Positions 19,565 through 28,286 of a stretch of 43,773 nt of DNA are shown here, one piece after another (position 1 is the stretch's first letter; the number at the start of each line of letters is the position of its first letter). The stretch is taken from positions 1 to 43,773 of the forward strand of contig CAZVWA010000003.1 of NCBI GenBank assembly GCA_964631085.1. The letters run 5' to 3'. The translations under genes were made by a program, and so were the position numbers. This stretch comes from an uncultured Rubrivirga sp. GTDB taxonomy: Bacteria > Actinomycetota > Actinomycetes > S36-B12. The notes below the pieces were generated by a model. That model was not told the DNA's origin, searched no databases, and saw only the letters and a list, made by a program, of their open reading frames with translations.

Positions 19565-20707
19565 TCAGCGACTGTTCGGCGAGATGCCCAGTTGCATCCC
19601 TGCGAGTCCGCGGGGCCTGCTGCCCAATGCCGACGCGATCTCCCGGAGCGCGGTGCTGGCCGGGGCGTCCGGCTCGGAGATGACCAAGGGGTGGCCGCTG
19701 TCGCCACCCTCGCGCAACCGCGGATCGAAGGGGATCCGTCCGAGAACCGGGACGTCGGAGCCCAGAACCTTGCTGAGTTGCTCGGCGACCAGGTCACCAC
19801 CGCCGACTCCGAAGAGGTCAAGGGGTTCGCCGCAATGCGGGCACGGAAATGAACTCATGTTCTCCACGACCCCGAGCACTTTCTGGTGCGTTTGCTCGGC
19901 GAGGGTTCCGGCGCGAACTGCGACGTCGGAGGAACCCAACTGAGGGGTTGTGACGACGACGATCTCGGCGTGCGGGAGAAGTTGTGCCGTCGAGATGGCG
20001 ATGTCCCCGGTGCCCGGGGGGAGGTCGAGTAGCAGCACGTCGAGATCACCCCACCACACATCGGACAGGAACTGTTCGAGGGCGCGGTGCAGCATGGGAC
20101 CGCGGAAGGCGACGGGTGTTTCGACGCCGCCGGGCTTGAACGGCAGCATTGATATGAGTCGGACTCCGTAGGCCTGAGGTGGCATGAGCATGCCCTCGAC
20201 CATGGTCGGCGGATTGGTCGCGCCGAGGATGCGTGGAATGGAGTGGCCGTAGACGTCCGCGTCGAGCAGGCCGACGCTCAGCCCCTGGCTGGCGAGTGAG
20301 ACCGCGAGGTTCGCCGTGACCGATGATTTGCCCACGCCTCCCTTGCCGGAGGCGATCGCGAAGATCTTGGTGGTCGAACCGGGTTGCGTGAACTGGATTT
20401 CGCGCGCGTCGTGGCCGCGAAGCAAGGTCTTGAGTTCCGCGCGCTGCGCATCGCTCATCACGTCGAGGTGCACGTCGACCTTGGAGACATCCGGCACCTT
20501 CATCACTGCATCGATGACGCGGTCGGTGATGGTGGACCGCATGGGGCAGCCTTCGACGGTCAGGAAGACGCCCACCTCGACGACGCCACCCTTACGGATG
20601 TCGACGCTCTTGAGCATCCCGATCTCGGTGATCGGTCGATGGATCTCGGGATCCTCGACGGTAGCGAGGGCAGCGTGGATGGCATCGGAGTCTGGAGTAG
20701 TGGCCAC
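19565..20707 (-). CDS. mrp: Mrp/NBP35/ApbC family Fe-S cluster carrier ATPase
   Basis: N-terminal DUF59-like domain (VEDPEIHRPITEIGML), deviant Walker A GKGGVGKSS, and CPHCGE. Confidence 0.9.
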   Translation of the reverse strand: MATTPDSDAIHAALATVEDPEIHRPITEIGMLKSVDIRKGGVVEVGVFLTVEGCPMRSTITDRVIDAVMKVPDVSKVDVHLDVMSDAQRAELKTLLRGHDAREIQFTQPGSTTKIFAIASGKGGVGKSSVTANLAVSLASQGLSVGLLDADVYGHSIPRILGATNPPTMVEGMLMPPQAYGVRLISMLPFKPGGVETPVAFRGPMLHRALEQFLSDVWWGDLDVLLLDLPPGTGDIAISTAQLLPHAEIVVVTTPQLGSSDVAVRAGTLAEQTHQKVLGVVENMSSFPCPHCGEPLDLFGVGGGDLVAEQLSKVLGSDVPVLGRIPFDPRLREGGDSGHPLVISEPDAPASTALREIASALGSRPRGLAGMQLGISPNSR

Positions 20708-20713
20708 CCCCCG

Positions 20714-20719
20714 ATGCTA
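20714..20719 (-). promoter_or_regulatory. -10 box TAGCAT (minus strand), 6 nt upstream of the mrp GTG (leaderless pattern)
   Basis: The minus strand reads TAGCAT-cggggg-GTG(20707), inside the 20-nt gap after the DUF1003 stop. Confidence 0.45.
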
Positions 20720-20727
20720 TTGGGCGC

Positions 20728-21285
20728 TCAGGCGGGCGGCGAATCCTCGTGATCGGGCTCACTCGGCTCCCGATCGCTCCGGGTGACCTCCTCGAGATGG
20801 TCGAGTCGGTTCATGATCGTTTCCAGCGTCTCCCGCAACTCGCTGCGCACGTAATCACGGGTTGCGAGTTCGCCCAGGCTGGTGCGAAGCGATGCCACTT
20901 CGCGCGCTAGGTAGTCGCTGTCGGCCAACATTCGCTCGTTGCGTTGGCGATCCTCCTGGTACTGCACGCGATCGCGGTCGGTCTGGCGATTCTGCGCAAG
21001 CAGGATGAGGGGCGCGGCGTACGAGGCCTGGAGCGAGAGCAGCAGCGTCAAGAAGATGAACGGGTAGGCGTCGGGTCGGATGCCATTGGGTGCGAAGACG
21101 TTGAAAGAAACCCACATCACGATGACAACGGTCATCCATGCGATGAATGCCCAGGAGCCGATGTACCGGGCTACGCGTTCGGATAGTCGACCGAAGCGTT
21201 CGGAGTCGTATGCGGGGCGGATACCGCGCGTGGTGTCGATGGGTTGGTCGACGGCCCGACGGGTCCCGCGGCGTGCACTACTCAT
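20728..21285 (-). CDS. DUF1003 domain-containing membrane protein
   Basis: FGRLSERVARYIGSWAFI..., two TM helices, then LLAQNRQTDRDR and a coiled-coil tail. ATG 21285 overlaps the upstream stop by 8 nt. The track ORF extends to 21408. Confidence 0.8.
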   Translation of the reverse strand: MSSARRGTRRAVDQPIDTTRGIRPAYDSERFGRLSERVARYIGSWAFIAWMTVVIVMWVSFNVFAPNGIRPDAYPFIFLTLLLSLQASYAAPLILLAQNRQTDRDRVQYQEDRQRNERMLADSDYLAREVASLRTSLGELATRDYVRSELRETLETIMNRLDHLEEVTRSDREPSEPDHEDSPPA

Positions 21286-22579
21286 CGTGCGCCTCCGCGG
21301 GAGATGCAAGATCGGCGTCGTCGAGGTTCTCGACAGCGTCCGATCCGACGTCTTCGCGCCAATCCGACGGCAGCATGTGGTCGACCACATCGTCGATCGT
21401 GACCGCACCGACGAGATGGTCGTCTTCGTCCACTACCGGAACGGCCACCAGGTTGTACGCGGCGAAGTTCCGCGTCACCTCACCCAGCGGCGTATTCGGA
21501 CGCACGGGGTCGACGGTGGTGTCCACCAGCGAGGAAATCAAAGTAGACGGCGGCTCGCGCAGGAGTCTTTGGAAATGACACGTGCCGAGGTACTTACCGG
21601 TCGGTGTCTCGGTGGGTGGGCGACACACGTACACCTGGGCAGCAAGTGCCGGTGGCAGGTCTGGATTGCGAATGCTCGCCAGCGCTTCGGCCACGGCGGC
21701 ATCCGGTGGCAAAACCACGGGTTCGCTCGTCATCATGCCGCCGGCGGAGAACTCGTCGTAGGTCATCAGGCGCCGAATGTCCTCGGCTTCGTCCGGCTCC
21801 ATCTCCTCGAGCAGGAACTCGGCCTGGTCGGGCGGCAGATCGGAGATGAGATCGGCGGCGTCGCCGGGGTCCATCTCCTCGAGCACGTCCGCGGCGCGTT
21901 CTCGGTCGAGGGCTTGCATGATCTCGACGCGATCCTCGTCGACCAGTTCCTCAAGTACGTCCGCGAGACGTTGGTCATCGAGTTCTCGCGCTACTTCGAG
22001 TCGGCGCTTGGGCACCAGATTGTGCAAAAGGGACGCCACATCCGCGGGCCGCAATGTGTCGATGGTGGCGAGCAACTGCTCGGCGGGTTGGGCGGTCTCT
22101 GCCAGGGACAGTCCGGTGACGTCCGGCCAATCGACCATGAAGCGTTCACTGCGCCGGCGTAGTCCGGAGGCAGTGCGTCGCACGAAGAGGGAGTCCACGA
22201 GCCACTCACGGCTTCGAGTGAGCGCCACGCCGATATCCACCACGCGCACGTTCTCTCCGGTTTCTCGCAGCGTGATGGATCGATCGAGGAGTTCTGCTGT
22301 GGCCAGGGACTCGTTGCGTCGTTGCTCGAAGCGACGCAGGTTGACGGTGCCGGTCACGATCACCTGGCCGGCGTCGATGGCGGTCACCTTTGTCATGGGT
22401 ATGAAGATCCTGCGCCGGGGAGGCACCTCGACGACGAGCCCGGTGAGCCGCGGCGGGTTGTCACCGATACGCAGGACGACGACGGCATCGCGTACCTTTC
22501 CGACTTGGTCGCCGCGTGGGTCGAACACACCCAGACCCGCGAGGCGGGCCAGGAAAATGCGGCTTGTGTTCGTCGTCAC
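21278..22579 (-). CDS. PRC-barrel / MgtE N-terminal domain / CBS-pair protein lacking the MgtE transmembrane domain
   Basis: Acidic MgtE_N repeats (ADVLEELVDEDRVEIMQALD..ADVLEEMDPGDAADLISDL) followed by two CBS motifs, with no hydrophobic C-terminal domain. GTG 22579 is supported by TAGCCT-N7. The track ORF extends to 22681. Confidence 0.8.
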   Translation of the reverse strand: MTTNTSRIFLARLAGLGVFDPRGDQVGKVRDAVVVLRIGDNPPRLTGLVVEVPPRRRIFIPMTKVTAIDAGQVIVTGTVNLRRFEQRRNESLATAELLDRSITLRETGENVRVVDIGVALTRSREWLVDSLFVRRTASGLRRRSERFMVDWPDVTGLSLAETAQPAEQLLATIDTLRPADVASLLHNLVPKRRLEVARELDDQRLADVLEELVDEDRVEIMQALDRERAADVLEEMDPGDAADLISDLPPDQAEFLLEEMEPDEAEDIRRLMTYDEFSAGGMMTSEPVVLPPDAAVAEALASIRNPDLPPALAAQVYVCRPPTETPTGKYLGTCHFQRLLREPPSTLISSLVDTTVDPVRPNTPLGEVTRNFAAYNLVAVPVVDEDDHLVGAVTIDDVVDHMLPSDWREDVGSDAVENLDDADLASPAEAHDE

Positions 22580-22586
22580 AGCGGGA

Positions 22587-22592
22587 AGGCTA
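22587..22592 (-). promoter_or_regulatory. -10 box TAGCCT (minus strand), 7 nt upstream of GTG 22579 (leaderless pattern)
   Basis: The minus strand reads TAGCCT-tcccgct-GTG. Confidence 0.4.
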
Positions 22593-22665
22593 CCGTCGCG
22601 GCTGTTCTTGCTGGATTGACTGCGGGTGCGGTAACGCACAGGTGGTACCTCGAAGGGGGGTCGTC

Positions 22666-23607
22666 GTGAGCTCGGATGCACCCATGCCGGCCCCCGGCCT
22701 TTCCCGGCCTCCGGCGCCCGATGTCGCTCGACTGGGTATTGCGGTCATCTTCATCTCGCTCAGTGGACCGATGATTGCGGCGACAGTTGCGCCAGCGCTG
22801 GCGATCGCGTTCTGGCGGTGCCTGATCGGTAGCGGACTGACCGGCGTGTGGGTGGTGGTCCGGAGGTGGAGTTCGCTCGGCGCGCTGACCAAGCGTGAGA
22901 TCAAGTTGACAGTGGTGGCCGGTGTCTTCCTCGGATTGCATTTCGCAACGTGGATTCCATCGTTGACGTTGACCACCATCGCGGCGTCGACCGCGCTCGT
23001 TGCCACCCAGCCCATCTGGGCCGCGCTCATCGCTCGCGCTACCGGAGTTCACATCGCATCGAGGGTTTGGGTCGGCATCGCGATTGCGTTTGCCGGCGTG
23101 CTCGTGTTGACGGGTGTGGATCTCTCGGTCGATCCTGCGCATCTGATCGGTGATGCACTCGCCCTGGTCGGCGCCATCTTCTCGGCCGCCTACGTATCGG
23201 TTGCCGAACGTGTGCGCAAGACGGTGGACACGTCGACCATGACCTTCATTCTCTACGCGGTATCCGCGCTCACGATCTTGCCGCTGGTGTTCGTCTTCGG
23301 GCAACAGCTCATCGGTTTCGATGCGCAGGCCTGGGCATTGATCCTCGCGGTAACCCTCGGAGCGCAACTGTTGGGCCATTCGATGATGACGCGGGTGCTG
23401 TCGAGTACGTCCGCGACGGTGGTGTCGCTCGCGATCTTGTTCGAGATGCCGGGAGCGACCCTTGTCGCGGCAATTTGGCTCGGCCAACTGCCACCGTTGG
23501 CTCTACTTCCGGCGGCCGCGCTGATCTTGGTGGGTTTGGTGGTGGTGATCAGGGCTGCCGATCGCGGACCTGCGGCGTCGACCGTTACCGAGTCTTCTCC
23601 CATTTGA
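22666..23607 (+). CDS. EamA/DMT family transporter
   Basis: About 10 TM helices in two repeated EamA halves. GTG 22666 is preceded by GAAGGGGGG. The track ORF starts at 22516. Confidence 0.8.
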   Translation: MSSDAPMPAPGLSRPPAPDVARLGIAVIFISLSGPMIAATVAPALAIAFWRCLIGSGLTGVWVVVRRWSSLGALTKREIKLTVVAGVFLGLHFATWIPSLTLTTIAASTALVATQPIWAALIARATGVHIASRVWVGIAIAFAGVLVLTGVDLSVDPAHLIGDALALVGAIFSAAYVSVAERVRKTVDTSTMTFILYAVSALTILPLVFVFGQQLIGFDAQAWALILAVTLGAQLLGHSMMTRVLSSTSATVVSLAILFEMPGATLVAAIWLGQLPPLALLPAAALILVGLVVVIRAADRGPAASTVTESSPI

Positions 23608-24850
23608 GGATTGCACTGAGGGGAACGAGGGCGATCGCAGCCACGACCGTCACGCCGATGCCCCATCCCACTCCCAAGCCTTCGGCGATCGCACCGACGG
23701 CGAGTGGGGCGGTGACGAATCCCGCCCGAGACAGCCAACTGATGGTCGCAACGCCGGTTGCCGGGCGTATCCCCGGTAGGTGAGCGGCGGCTCGCATGGC
23801 CGCCGGGAAGAGCGTGGCGACCCCGAAACCCGTCACGGCGCACCCGAGGATGAACAACCACATCGATTGCGAGACCAGCGAGATTCCGAGAGAAACGGCG
23901 GTGGCGGTCATCGCGATGCGTGTCCACCGCCGCTCGCCGAGGGCATCGACCAAACGGTCTCCCAGGAACCGACCGACGGTCATGGCCGCGGTGAAGGCTA
24001 CGAATCCCCAGCCCACGAATGCACTGGGTGCTCCGATATCTGTGAGGTAGATCGAACTCCATCGCGCAGGGATGTCCTCGATCATGACCGCCAGGATGAT
24101 GAACGCCCCCAGGCCCCAGATGATTGGTTGGGCAAGTGCTCGTTTCGTCGCTACCCGATCGTCGGCTCCGGACGGAACGGGAACAGCGAAGGAACTCGGA
24201 TCCGGTTGTGCCTCGGCAAGGGGGTCGACGTCGGCATCGTCGCTGGAATCCAAGAACGTCTCCGGATCCGTTCCCGCCAACAGCCAGGGTCGCGCGAGAA
24301 GGACGAGCACTCCGCAGGCCGCGGCGACGAGCGTCATAGTCCACGCGACCGACAGCCCGATCGCGGCTGTCGCGACACCGACGAGCCCACCGGCCACACT
24401 GCCGAGGGACCAGTAGCCGTGGAAAGTGTTGAGGATGGATCGGTTGGCGCCGTGGCTCTTCATCTCGTGCTGCACACGCATGGCGTGGGAATTCATGGCG
24501 GCGTCCATGACGGCGTCGAGTCCGCCGACGAATAGCAACACGAAGCCGAAGATCCACGCGCCGGGTGCGAGTCCGATGAAGGGCAATACGGGCAGGAGAA
24601 GTAGGAGCGAAAAAACGGCGACCCGGTTGCTACCCCAGCGGTTGATGAGCGGTCCTGCGGAGATCCCGGCGGATACGCCGCCCACGGCCCCGGCAGCCAG
24701 CGCCGCCCCCACCTCGAAATCGGTCATCGAAAGGTCGGTTTGCAGTTCGGCAAGGCGCGGCAACCATGCCGACAACGTCAGGGCATTGGTGAAGAACAGC
24801 ACGGAGACTGCAATGCGCGCCTTTCGCAAGTCCGATCGCGTCTCTGCCAC
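23585..24850 (-). CDS. MFS transporter
   Basis: 421 aa, about 12 TM helices with a central hydrophilic loop. It overlaps the convergent EamA gene by 23 nt. Confidence 0.8.
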   Translation of the reverse strand: MAETRSDLRKARIAVSVLFFTNALTLSAWLPRLAELQTDLSMTDFEVGAALAAGAVGGVSAGISAGPLINRWGSNRVAVFSLLLLLPVLPFIGLAPGAWIFGFVLLFVGGLDAVMDAAMNSHAMRVQHEMKSHGANRSILNTFHGYWSLGSVAGGLVGVATAAIGLSVAWTMTLVAAACGVLVLLARPWLLAGTDPETFLDSSDDADVDPLAEAQPDPSSFAVPVPSGADDRVATKRALAQPIIWGLGAFIILAVMIEDIPARWSSIYLTDIGAPSAFVGWGFVAFTAAMTVGRFLGDRLVDALGERRWTRIAMTATAVSLGISLVSQSMWLFILGCAVTGFGVATLFPAAMRAAAHLPGIRPATGVATISWLSRAGFVTAPLAVGAIAEGLGVGWGIGVTVVAAIALVPLSAILKWEKTR

Positions 24851-24856
24851 CGCTCG

Positions 24857-24862
24857 AATCTA
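24857..24862 (-). promoter_or_regulatory. -10 box TAGATT (minus strand), 6 nt upstream of the MFS GTG (leaderless pattern)
   Basis: The minus strand reads TAGATT-cgagcg-GTG(24850). Confidence 0.45.
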
Positions 24863-24940
24863 GGGCACTGCACCTGTCGGTCGTGCCCCTCCCGGCTAGG
24901 CTCGTGGGGTCTTGTCGAGCAGCCGGAAGCGAGGATTCCC

Positions 24941-25906
24941 GTGAGCGATGCCAGCAGGAACATCAGGAGTCGACGTTCCAATCTCGCTGTTCCGGGATCG
25001 AGCCCGAAGATGCTGGACAAGGCCAAGGGCCTGCCGGCCGATCAGATCTTCATGGACATCGAGGATGCCGTCGCGCCCCTGGCTAAGCCCGATGCTCGCA
25101 AGAACATCGTCGCGGCATTGAATGAGGGCGGCTACGACGGCAAGGTGCGTTCGGTTCGCGTGAACGACTGGACTACCCAATGGACATACGCCGATGTCAT
25201 TGAGGTCGTCTCCGGCGCCGGCGCCAATCTCGACTGCATCATGTTGCCCAAGGTTCAAAACGCCGAGCAGATCCACGCATTGGACATGCTGCTGACGCAA
25301 ATCGAGAAGTCCGAAGGCCTCGAGGTGGGCCGGATCGGCATCGAAGCGCAGATCGAGAACGCGATGGGTCTGACCAAAGTGGACGAGATTGCCGCGGCCA
25401 GTCCGCGCGTGGAAACGATCATCTTCGGGCCGGCGGATTTCATGGCCAGCATCAACATGAAGTCTCTAGTTGTGGGCGAACAGCCGCCGGGGTACGACGT
25501 CGGCGACGCCTATCACTACATCCTGATGCGGATCTTGATGGCGGCGAGGGCGTACGACAAGCAGGCGATCGACGGTCCGTACCTGCAAATAAAGGACATC
25601 GCCGGCTACACGCGGGTTGCCGAACGCAGTGCAGCGTTGGGATTCGATGGAAAGTGGGTCTTGCACCCCGATCAGATCGCAGCGGCGAACGAAGTCTTCT
25701 CTCCTCGCCAAGAGGATTACGACCACGCTGAGATGATCCTGGACGCATACGAGTGGTACACGTCCGCGGCGGGTGGAGCACGGGGTGCAGCAATGCTCGG
25801 GGACGAGATGATCGACGAGGCCTCGCGCAAGATGGCGCTCGTGATCGCCGGCAAGGGTCGCGCTGCAGGGATGCAGCGCACGCAGTCCTTCACACCTCCG
25901 GAGTAA
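24941..25906 (+). CDS. HpcH/HpaI aldolase/citrate lyase family protein (CitE / malyl-CoA lyase-like)
   Basis: 321 aa from GTG 24941 (GGAAGCGAGGA upstream). RSNLAVPGSSPKMLDKA..DIEDAV...GPADF...GKWVLHPDQI resembles malyl-CoA/beta-methylmalyl-CoA lyases and CitE. The track ORF starts at 24740, inside the MFS gene. Confidence 0.8.
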   Translation: MSDASRNIRSRRSNLAVPGSSPKMLDKAKGLPADQIFMDIEDAVAPLAKPDARKNIVAALNEGGYDGKVRSVRVNDWTTQWTYADVIEVVSGAGANLDCIMLPKVQNAEQIHALDMLLTQIEKSEGLEVGRIGIEAQIENAMGLTKVDEIAAASPRVETIIFGPADFMASINMKSLVVGEQPPGYDVGDAYHYILMRILMAARAYDKQAIDGPYLQIKDIAGYTRVAERSAALGFDGKWVLHPDQIAAANEVFSPRQEDYDHAEMILDAYEWYTSAAGGARGAAMLGDEMIDEASRKMALVIAGKGRAAGMQRTQSFTPPE

Positions 25907-26550
25907 TGATGGGACGCAGTCCTCGAATGACTCGCGCGCACGCTGCCTTGCTGCTTGGCGTCAAGGAGAATGCGTCCGTCGATGACATCCAGCGTGCGTG
26001 GCGCGTGTGGGTTCGCCTCGCGCACCCTGATACCGGTGGCGATCGTGAGCACTTCGATGAACTCATGCGGGCTCGTCGCTGCCTGATGGCATCGAGCCAC
26101 GTCTGGCCTGTCGATCGGCGCGAACGCCCGGAACACCCGGAACACCCGGACGCCCCCGCTCGAGCGAGTTTGCGATCGGTGATTCGCCCTCCCACCGCTT
26201 CGGCCACCGGCCTCCTGGTTGCCCTTGTCGTGGCGGCTGTGATCATCGCCGTCGCTACCGTCGACTTCCCCGCGTGGATGTCCGCGGCGGCTATGGGCCT
26301 TGGCGCCACGGCCGTCGCGGTGGCGGCCAATCGCGTGCTGGTTGGGCGCCGAGGCGATGTCGGCCACCGGATCGCGATGCTGGTGGCGGCGTGGTCGCCC
26401 GTTGCCCTATGCCAGGTGGCCATCAGCGTGGCTTTGGGATCGACGGTGATCGTCGCGCTGCCGGTGCTCGTCCTGCCCCTTGTGTCAGCGGTGGCCCTGG
26501 TGAACCCCGGAGCAGGTTTGTGGCGTCCGGTCCGGTTCCCTGCTCCGTAG
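25906..26550 (+). CDS. membrane-anchored J-domain (DnaJ-like) protein
   Basis: TAATG overlap with the lyase stop. LLLGVKENASVDDIQRAWRVWVRLAHPDTGGDREHFDELMRARRCL carries the HPD tripeptide. A Pro/Glu/His linker and about 4 TM helices follow. Confidence 0.7.
   Translation: MMGRSPRMTRAHAALLLGVKENASVDDIQRAWRVWVRLAHPDTGGDREHFDELMRARRCLMASSHVWPVDRRERPEHPEHPDAPARASLRSVIRPPTASATGLLVALVVAAVIIAVATVDFPAWMSAAAMGLGATAVAVAANRVLVGRRGDVGHRIAMLVAAWSPVALCQVAISVALGSTVIVALPVLVLPLVSAVALVNPGAGLWRPVRFPAP
26127..26151 (+). repeat. 9-nt tandem repeat cccggaaca x2.8 inside the J-domain protein linker (encodes PEHPEHPD)
   Basis: Read directly: cccggaaca cccggaaca cccggac. Confidence 0.9.
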
Positions 26551-26635
26551 CGGACAGAGGCGGGCCGTGGCGCCTGTAGGAGCGATGCTCGAGATCTGGC
26601 GTTAGCATCTCGGGAGACCGGAAGGGGAATGCGGG

Positions 26636-27841
26636 ATGGGTCGTCTACTGCAAACCGATGGACTGACTGAGATTCAGCGCGACATCTTGGACGCTGTCCG
26701 TGATTTCGTGGATTCGGAGATCTTGCCGGTCGCTAACGAACTAGAGCACAACGACGAATACCCCAAGGACATCGTCGACGGTTTGAAGGAGCTCGGTGTC
26801 TTCGGCTTGATGATTCCCGAGGAGTACGGCGGCCTTGGTGAATCGCTGCTCACGTATGCGCTCGTGGTCGAGGAGATTGCTCGGGGCTGGATGAGCGTCA
26901 GCGGCGTTATTAACACGCACTTCATCGTGTCCCACATGGTGTTGAACCACGGAACCGAAGAGCAAAAGCAGCACTTCCTGCCGCGGATGGCCACCGGTGA
27001 GGTGCGAGGCGCCTTCAGCATGAGCGAGCCGGGCTGCGGCTCGGACGTCTCGGCGATCACCAGCAAGGCGGTCCCCGAAGGCGACGACTACGTTCTCACC
27101 GGCCAAAAGATGTGGCTGACCAACGGAGGCTCCTCCACACTGGTGGCAGTCCTGGTCCGCACCGACAACGCCGCGCCTGAAGACAGCAGTGTCTACAAGC
27201 GGATGTCCACTTTCTTGATCGAAAAGCCAGAAGGCTTCGGTGAGGTCCGTCCGGGACTCACGATCCCGGGCAAGATCGAGAAGATGGGTTACAAGGGCGT
27301 CGACACTACCGAGCTCGTCATGGATGGTCTTCGTCTGCCAGCTAGCGCGATCCTCGGCGGCGAGCCCGGCAAGGGCTTTTACCAAATGATGGACGGTGTG
27401 GAAGTCGGTCGCGTGAACGTGGCCGCCCGAGCTTGCGGCCTCGCGCTACGTGCCTTCGAGCTCGGCGTCGAGTACGCGCAGATGCGCAGCACTTTCGGCA
27501 AGCAGATCAGCGAACATCAAGCTGTCGCTTTCCGTCTCGCCGACATGGCGACGAAGGTCGAAGCCGCCCATCAGATGATGGTGATGGCTGCGCGGACTAA
27601 GGACTCCGGTGCCCGTAACGACCTCGAGGCCGGAATGGCGAAGTACCTCGCGAGCGAGTACTGCAAGGAGGTCGTCGAAGATTCCTTCCGCATCCACGGT
27701 GGTTACGGCTACTCGAAGGAATACGAAATCGAGCGGCTGTATCGCGAAGCCCCGATGTTGATGATCGGTGAGGGAACGGCGGACATCCAAAAGGTGATCA
27801 TTGCGCGGCGTCTGCTCGAGGACTACAAGATCCGAACCTGA
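26636..27841 (+). CDS. acyl-CoA dehydrogenase
   Basis: 401 aa with the typical ACAD three-domain layout (FGLMIPEEYGGLG, SEPGCGSD, IHGGYGYSKEYEIERLYREA). GGAAGGGGA lies upstream. Confidence 0.9.
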   Translation: MGRLLQTDGLTEIQRDILDAVRDFVDSEILPVANELEHNDEYPKDIVDGLKELGVFGLMIPEEYGGLGESLLTYALVVEEIARGWMSVSGVINTHFIVSHMVLNHGTEEQKQHFLPRMATGEVRGAFSMSEPGCGSDVSAITSKAVPEGDDYVLTGQKMWLTNGGSSTLVAVLVRTDNAAPEDSSVYKRMSTFLIEKPEGFGEVRPGLTIPGKIEKMGYKGVDTTELVMDGLRLPASAILGGEPGKGFYQMMDGVEVGRVNVAARACGLALRAFELGVEYAQMRSTFGKQISEHQAVAFRLADMATKVEAAHQMMVMAARTKDSGARNDLEAGMAKYLASEYCKEVVEDSFRIHGGYGYSKEYEIERLYREAPMLMIGEGTADIQKVIIARRLLEDYKIRT

Positions 27842-28242
27842 TGGGACAGATCCCCTGCGTAGGAGCGGTCGTCTTCGATGATCGCGGTCGCTTGCTCCTG
27901 GTCAAGCGAGCGAATCCACCGGCTAAAGGGCTGTGGTCACTGCCCGGTGGTAGGCAGGAGATGGGGGAGAGTCCCGAAGAAGGGGTCGTGCGCGAGGTAG
28001 CCGAGGAAACTGGATTGAGCGTTCGCGTGGATCGCGAAGTCGGCACGGTCACCCGGCTCGCTCCATCCGGAGATGACTACGTCATTCGCGACTTCGTCTG
28101 CATCGTCGAAGGGGAGGCGAACGTGGTGGCCGCCGACGACGCATCCGACGCCCGTTTCTTCGACGTAACCGAGTTGTCGGAACTACCAACGAGCGAGGGT
28201 TTGATCGAAGCGTTGACCGAATGGAACCTGCTGGCCCGTTGA
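27841..28242 (+). CDS. NUDIX hydrolase
   Basis: TGATG overlap with the ACAD stop. Nudix box GGRQEMGESPEEGVVREVAEETGL. Confidence 0.85.
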   Translation: MGQIPCVGAVVFDDRGRLLLVKRANPPAKGLWSLPGGRQEMGESPEEGVVREVAEETGLSVRVDREVGTVTRLAPSGDDYVIRDFVCIVEGEANVVAADDASDARFFDVTELSELPTSEGLIEALTEWNLLAR

Positions 28243-28274
28243 CTGTCGGACCCGTCGGCGTCAGATGGGCGCCG

Positions 28275-28280
28275 TAGCCT
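28275..28280 (+). promoter_or_regulatory. -10 box TAGCCT, 6 nt upstream of the nuclease GTG (leaderless pattern)
   Basis: TAGCCT-aaagcg-GTG(28287), no SD. Confidence 0.5.
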
Positions 28281-28286
28281 AAAGCG

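Noticed and set aside
21080-22162. Long antisense or alternative-frame ORFs in the track. Examples: 21080..22162 (+, 360 aa), 23253..24557 (-, 434 aa), 22576..23487 (-, 303 aa), 42156..43016 (-, 286 aa), 15002..15832 (-, 276 aa), 2636..3391 (-, 251 aa), 3982..4788 (+, 268 aa).
   Set aside because: Each one lies entirely inside a gene with clear family motifs on the other strand or frame. Their translations are Arg/Gly/Pro/His-rich low-complexity strings with no recognisable motifs. Stop-poor shadow frames like these are expected in high-GC DNA.
22580-22665. Possible guanidine (mini-ykkC) or other riboswitch upstream of the EamA transporter, based on the hairpin gtgcg-gtaa-cgcac.
   Set aside because: There is only one short hairpin, its loop is GTAA rather than ACGR, and there is no second tandem hairpin. 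The 86-nt gap is adequately explained by the two divergent promoters and an SD.
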